NCBI GenBank assembly: GCA_043228905.1
Contig: JBHGNT010000013.1
Span: 18,910,001 to 18,974,000, forward strand
DNA: 64,000 bases
Reading direction: 5' to 3'
Source: Azolla caroliniana
Taxonomy: Eukaryota > Plantae > Polypodiophyta
Shown here: in pieces, positions 62,301 to 64,000 of the stretch
Layout: each line of letters begins with the position of its first letter
Position numbering within the stretch: the first letter of the stretch is position 1
Notes under the pieces: model-generated
What the model was told of the DNA's origin: nothing
Database searches by the model: none
The model's input: only the letters and a program-made list of their open reading frames with translations
Made by a program: the position numbers and the translations under genes

Positions 62301-64000
62301 TTCGCCACGTGCACGTATGCGAGACACCCGAACACCTTCAGATGCCGGTAGGATACTTCCCTACCGGTCCACACTCTCTGCGGCGTGTCTCCGTCCAAAG
62401 GTACTGAGGGTGATCGGTTTATCACATATGTCGCCGTCGACATTGCCTCAGCCCAAAACCCCTTGGGTAATTTCGCATGCGCCAGCATACTCCGAACCCT
62501 CTCCATTATGGTCCGGTTCATCCTCTCGGCCAGCCCGTTCAGTTCCGGTGTCTTCGGCACAGTAAACTCGAGCCGGATTCCCTTCGAGCGACAGTACTCC
62601 TGGAACTGCCCCCGGTATTCCCCTCCGTTATCCGCTCGTATCGCTTTCAGCTTCTTGCCGGATTCCCTTTCCACTCTCGCGTGGAGTTCTTTGAAGACGC
62701 ACAACACTTGGTCCTTTGTCTTCATCGGTGCCGTCCACAGTTTTCGGCTATGATCATCGATGAATGTTACGAAGTACTGGGCTCCGCCATGTGACTTCGT
62801 TTCTACCTGACACACGTCAGTGTGCACCAACTCCAATGGTGCGCTACGTCTCGTCGGTGGCCTTGAGTGGAAGGAGGTTCGGTTCTGCTTACCGGCCAGG
62901 CAATCGGTGCACTTCTCCAGGTGCACATGCTTCACTGGGATAAGGTTGTCTTCTGCAAGCCTCTTCATCCCCTTCTCACTCATGTGGCACAGTCTCTTGT
63001 GCCACAGCTCACCGGCAGTGTCGGCTGCCACATTCAGCTCTTCCGGACATAACCGGGCATTCATCAGGTACAGTGTGTTGACTTTCCGGGCCCGAGCCAT
63101 TATCAGGCTCCCCTTGCTGAACTTCATTACGTCGTTCCGGATGCTACCTGTGTAGCCTTCATCGTCTAGCCTCCCGGCTGAAATCAGGTTCAATCGAACT
63201 TCCGGAACGTGTCGGACATCCTTCAGCAGCATTTTGCATCCAGTCGGGGTTGTCAACCACACGTCTCCTATGCCGGCAATCCGGCACGTACCTTCATTTC
63301 CCATCCGAACACAGCCATGCTCGCCGGCTGTGTAGGATGAGAAGTATCTTCTCTCCGGGGTCAGGTGGAACGATGCTCCGGAATCGACCACCCAGGTCGT
63401 CTCATCGCCGGCAAAGTTTAGTTCACCTTCTTCGGTGATGAGCATGATCTCCTCTTCACTTGCCGCGAGTGCCGTCGTTCCTTTCCGGTCCTGTCCTCGC
63501 CGATCCGAACCATTTCGGTCCGTGGCTCCCCGGTATGCACCGTTTCTCTCCGGTGACTTCTTCGAATCGGTGTTGTCGGTTCCATTGTCCTTTCGGTAAT
63601 GCCGACAATTCTTTCGGAAGTGCCCCGGCTTCCCACAGTGGAAGCATGTGGGCCTTCCTCTTGACTGCGACCGGGTCCCCGACTTCTCCCGTCTTTGCGG
63701 ACTCCGGTTCCATTGTCTTCCCCGATCCGATTCGGTAAACAACATCTTCGGGTCGGAGGCCGGTTCCTTATCTCTCCGACGCGCTTCTTCATTCAAAATA
63801 CTTGTCTTTACCGTTTGTAAGGACAAGTTATCTTCGGTGCAGGAGGTGCTGAGAGTCACCACCAAGTTCTCCCAGCTTTCTGGCAATGTACACATCAGGA
63901 TGATGGCTTGCATTGCATCCTCCAACGGGAACTTAATCGCTGCAAGCTGGTTCACGAATCCCATGAACGTGCTTACGTGTTCAACCATACTCTCGCCGTC
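59356..64000 (-). mobile_element. Ty1/copia element D (Tnt1/Tork-like), 5' part beyond the window
   Basis: 3' LTR 60255-59356 (TGTTGGG...CCTGTCA), with a U5 end homologous to the copia C LTR. PPT AGTGAAGGGGGAG at ~60258-60270. Confidence 0.95.
60266..63988 (-). CDS. Uninterrupted copia gag-pol polyprotein (at least 1240 aa; N-terminus outside the window)
   Basis: CCHC knuckle CFHCGKPGHFRKNC, protease WVVDSGAS, HHCC, integrase D-D-E (HTDVC, RADNGGEY, NGLAERMNR), RT YVDD and RNase H are all intact with no stops. Confidence 0.95.
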   Translation of the reverse strand: MVEHVSTFMGFVNQLAAIKFPLEDAMQAIILMCTLPESWENLVVTLSTSCTEDNLSLQTVKTSILNEEARRRDKEPASDPKMLFTESDRGRQWNRSPQRREKSGTRSQSRGRPTCFHCGKPGHFRKNCRHYRKDNGTDNTDSKKSPERNGAYRGATDRNGSDRRGQDRKGTTALAASEEEIMLITEEGELNFAGDETTWVVDSGASFHLTPERRYFSSYTAGEHGCVRMGNEGTCRIAGIGDVWLTTPTGCKMLLKDVRHVPEVRLNLISAGRLDDEGYTGSIRNDVMKFSKGSLIMARARKVNTLYLMNARLCPEELNVAADTAGELWHKRLCHMSEKGMKRLAEDNLIPVKHVHLEKCTDCLAGKQNRTSFHSRPPTRRSAPLELVHTDVCQVETKSHGGAQYFVTFIDDHSRKLWTAPMKTKDQVLCVFKELHARVERESGKKLKAIRADNGGEYRGQFQEYCRSKGIRLEFTVPKTPELNGLAERMNRTIMERVRSMLAHAKLPKGFWAEAMSTATYVINRSPSVPLDGDTPQRVWTGREVSYRHLKVFGCLAYVHVAKDRRGKLDPKTRPCIFLGYGDDEFGYRVWDPVDKKIFRSRDIVFMEDKTLADWESEKKMKSSKSTGEDKLYEEQSRPARDRLALEDPAEDGEETEPAEEDENDTGTGPDPEIDTDEEEESEEPVTEAPERRYPLRERRAPRRFPEPEHVLLTDEGEPESFEEAKHDTQSRKWLSAMQDEMDSLHENHTYELVELPKGKRALRNKWVFKLKPGDAGNPPRYKARIVVKGFQQKKGVDFDEIFAPVVKMTSIRTVLSIAASTDLEVEQMDVKTAFLHGDLEEEIYMQQPEGFEKKGKEHLVCRLKKSLYGLKQAPRQWYRKFDSFMTDEGYLKTQSDHCVFVKKFEGGDFLILLLYVDDMLIVGRDQVKIRMLKKALHRTFSMKDLGPARQILGMHIIRDRKKKQLWLSQEKYVTKVLHRFNMSEARPVGSTLPTNCKLSSKQSPKTKAEKEDMMKVPYASAVGSLMYAMVCTRPDIGYAVGVVSRYMSNPGKEHWNAVKWILRYLKGTANVCLRFGSGKPELDGFTDSDMSAGADTSRSTSGYVMTYAGGAVSWQSRLQKTVALSTTEAEYMAAVEAGKEIIWMKDFIRELGIQQEEYRLYCDSQSAIHLAKNAAYHSRTKHIQRRYHWIRERIEDKEFVLTKIHTDENGSDMLTKVLTPDKLEACRKRIGLKRHPMPK

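Overview
Eukaryotic nuclear DNA from a land plant. A non-seed plant such as a fern is likely, inferred only from the retroelement lineages present. There are two convergent host genes: an intronless His-rich F-box gene (10114-11979, +) and a multi-exon ADA2 transcriptional adaptor (17887-23724, -; ZZ finger, SANT, ADA2 C-terminal region, SWIRM). The rest is mostly retroelements. These comprise four Ty1/copia copies (one with an uninterrupted 1240-aa ORF running off the right edge), a LINE split by an Athila/Tat-like Ty3/gypsy element, a second gypsy nested in that one (tRNA-Trp PBS, 4-bp TSD), a truncated gypsy 5' end, and a 1.3-kb non-coding TRIM-like LTR element. The strongest findings are: (1) the TRIM has no tRNA primer site but has an 11-nt PBS complementary to the sequence just downstream of its own TATA box, a Tf1-style self-priming layout; (2) the Athila-like gypsy carries a ~1030-codon extra 3' ORF broken only by in-frame stops; (3) the copia copies show a gag/pol mosaic; (4) a decayed copy of the F-box 3' CDS lies upstream of the same gene. 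All coordinates were read by eye, and no alignments or database searches were run.
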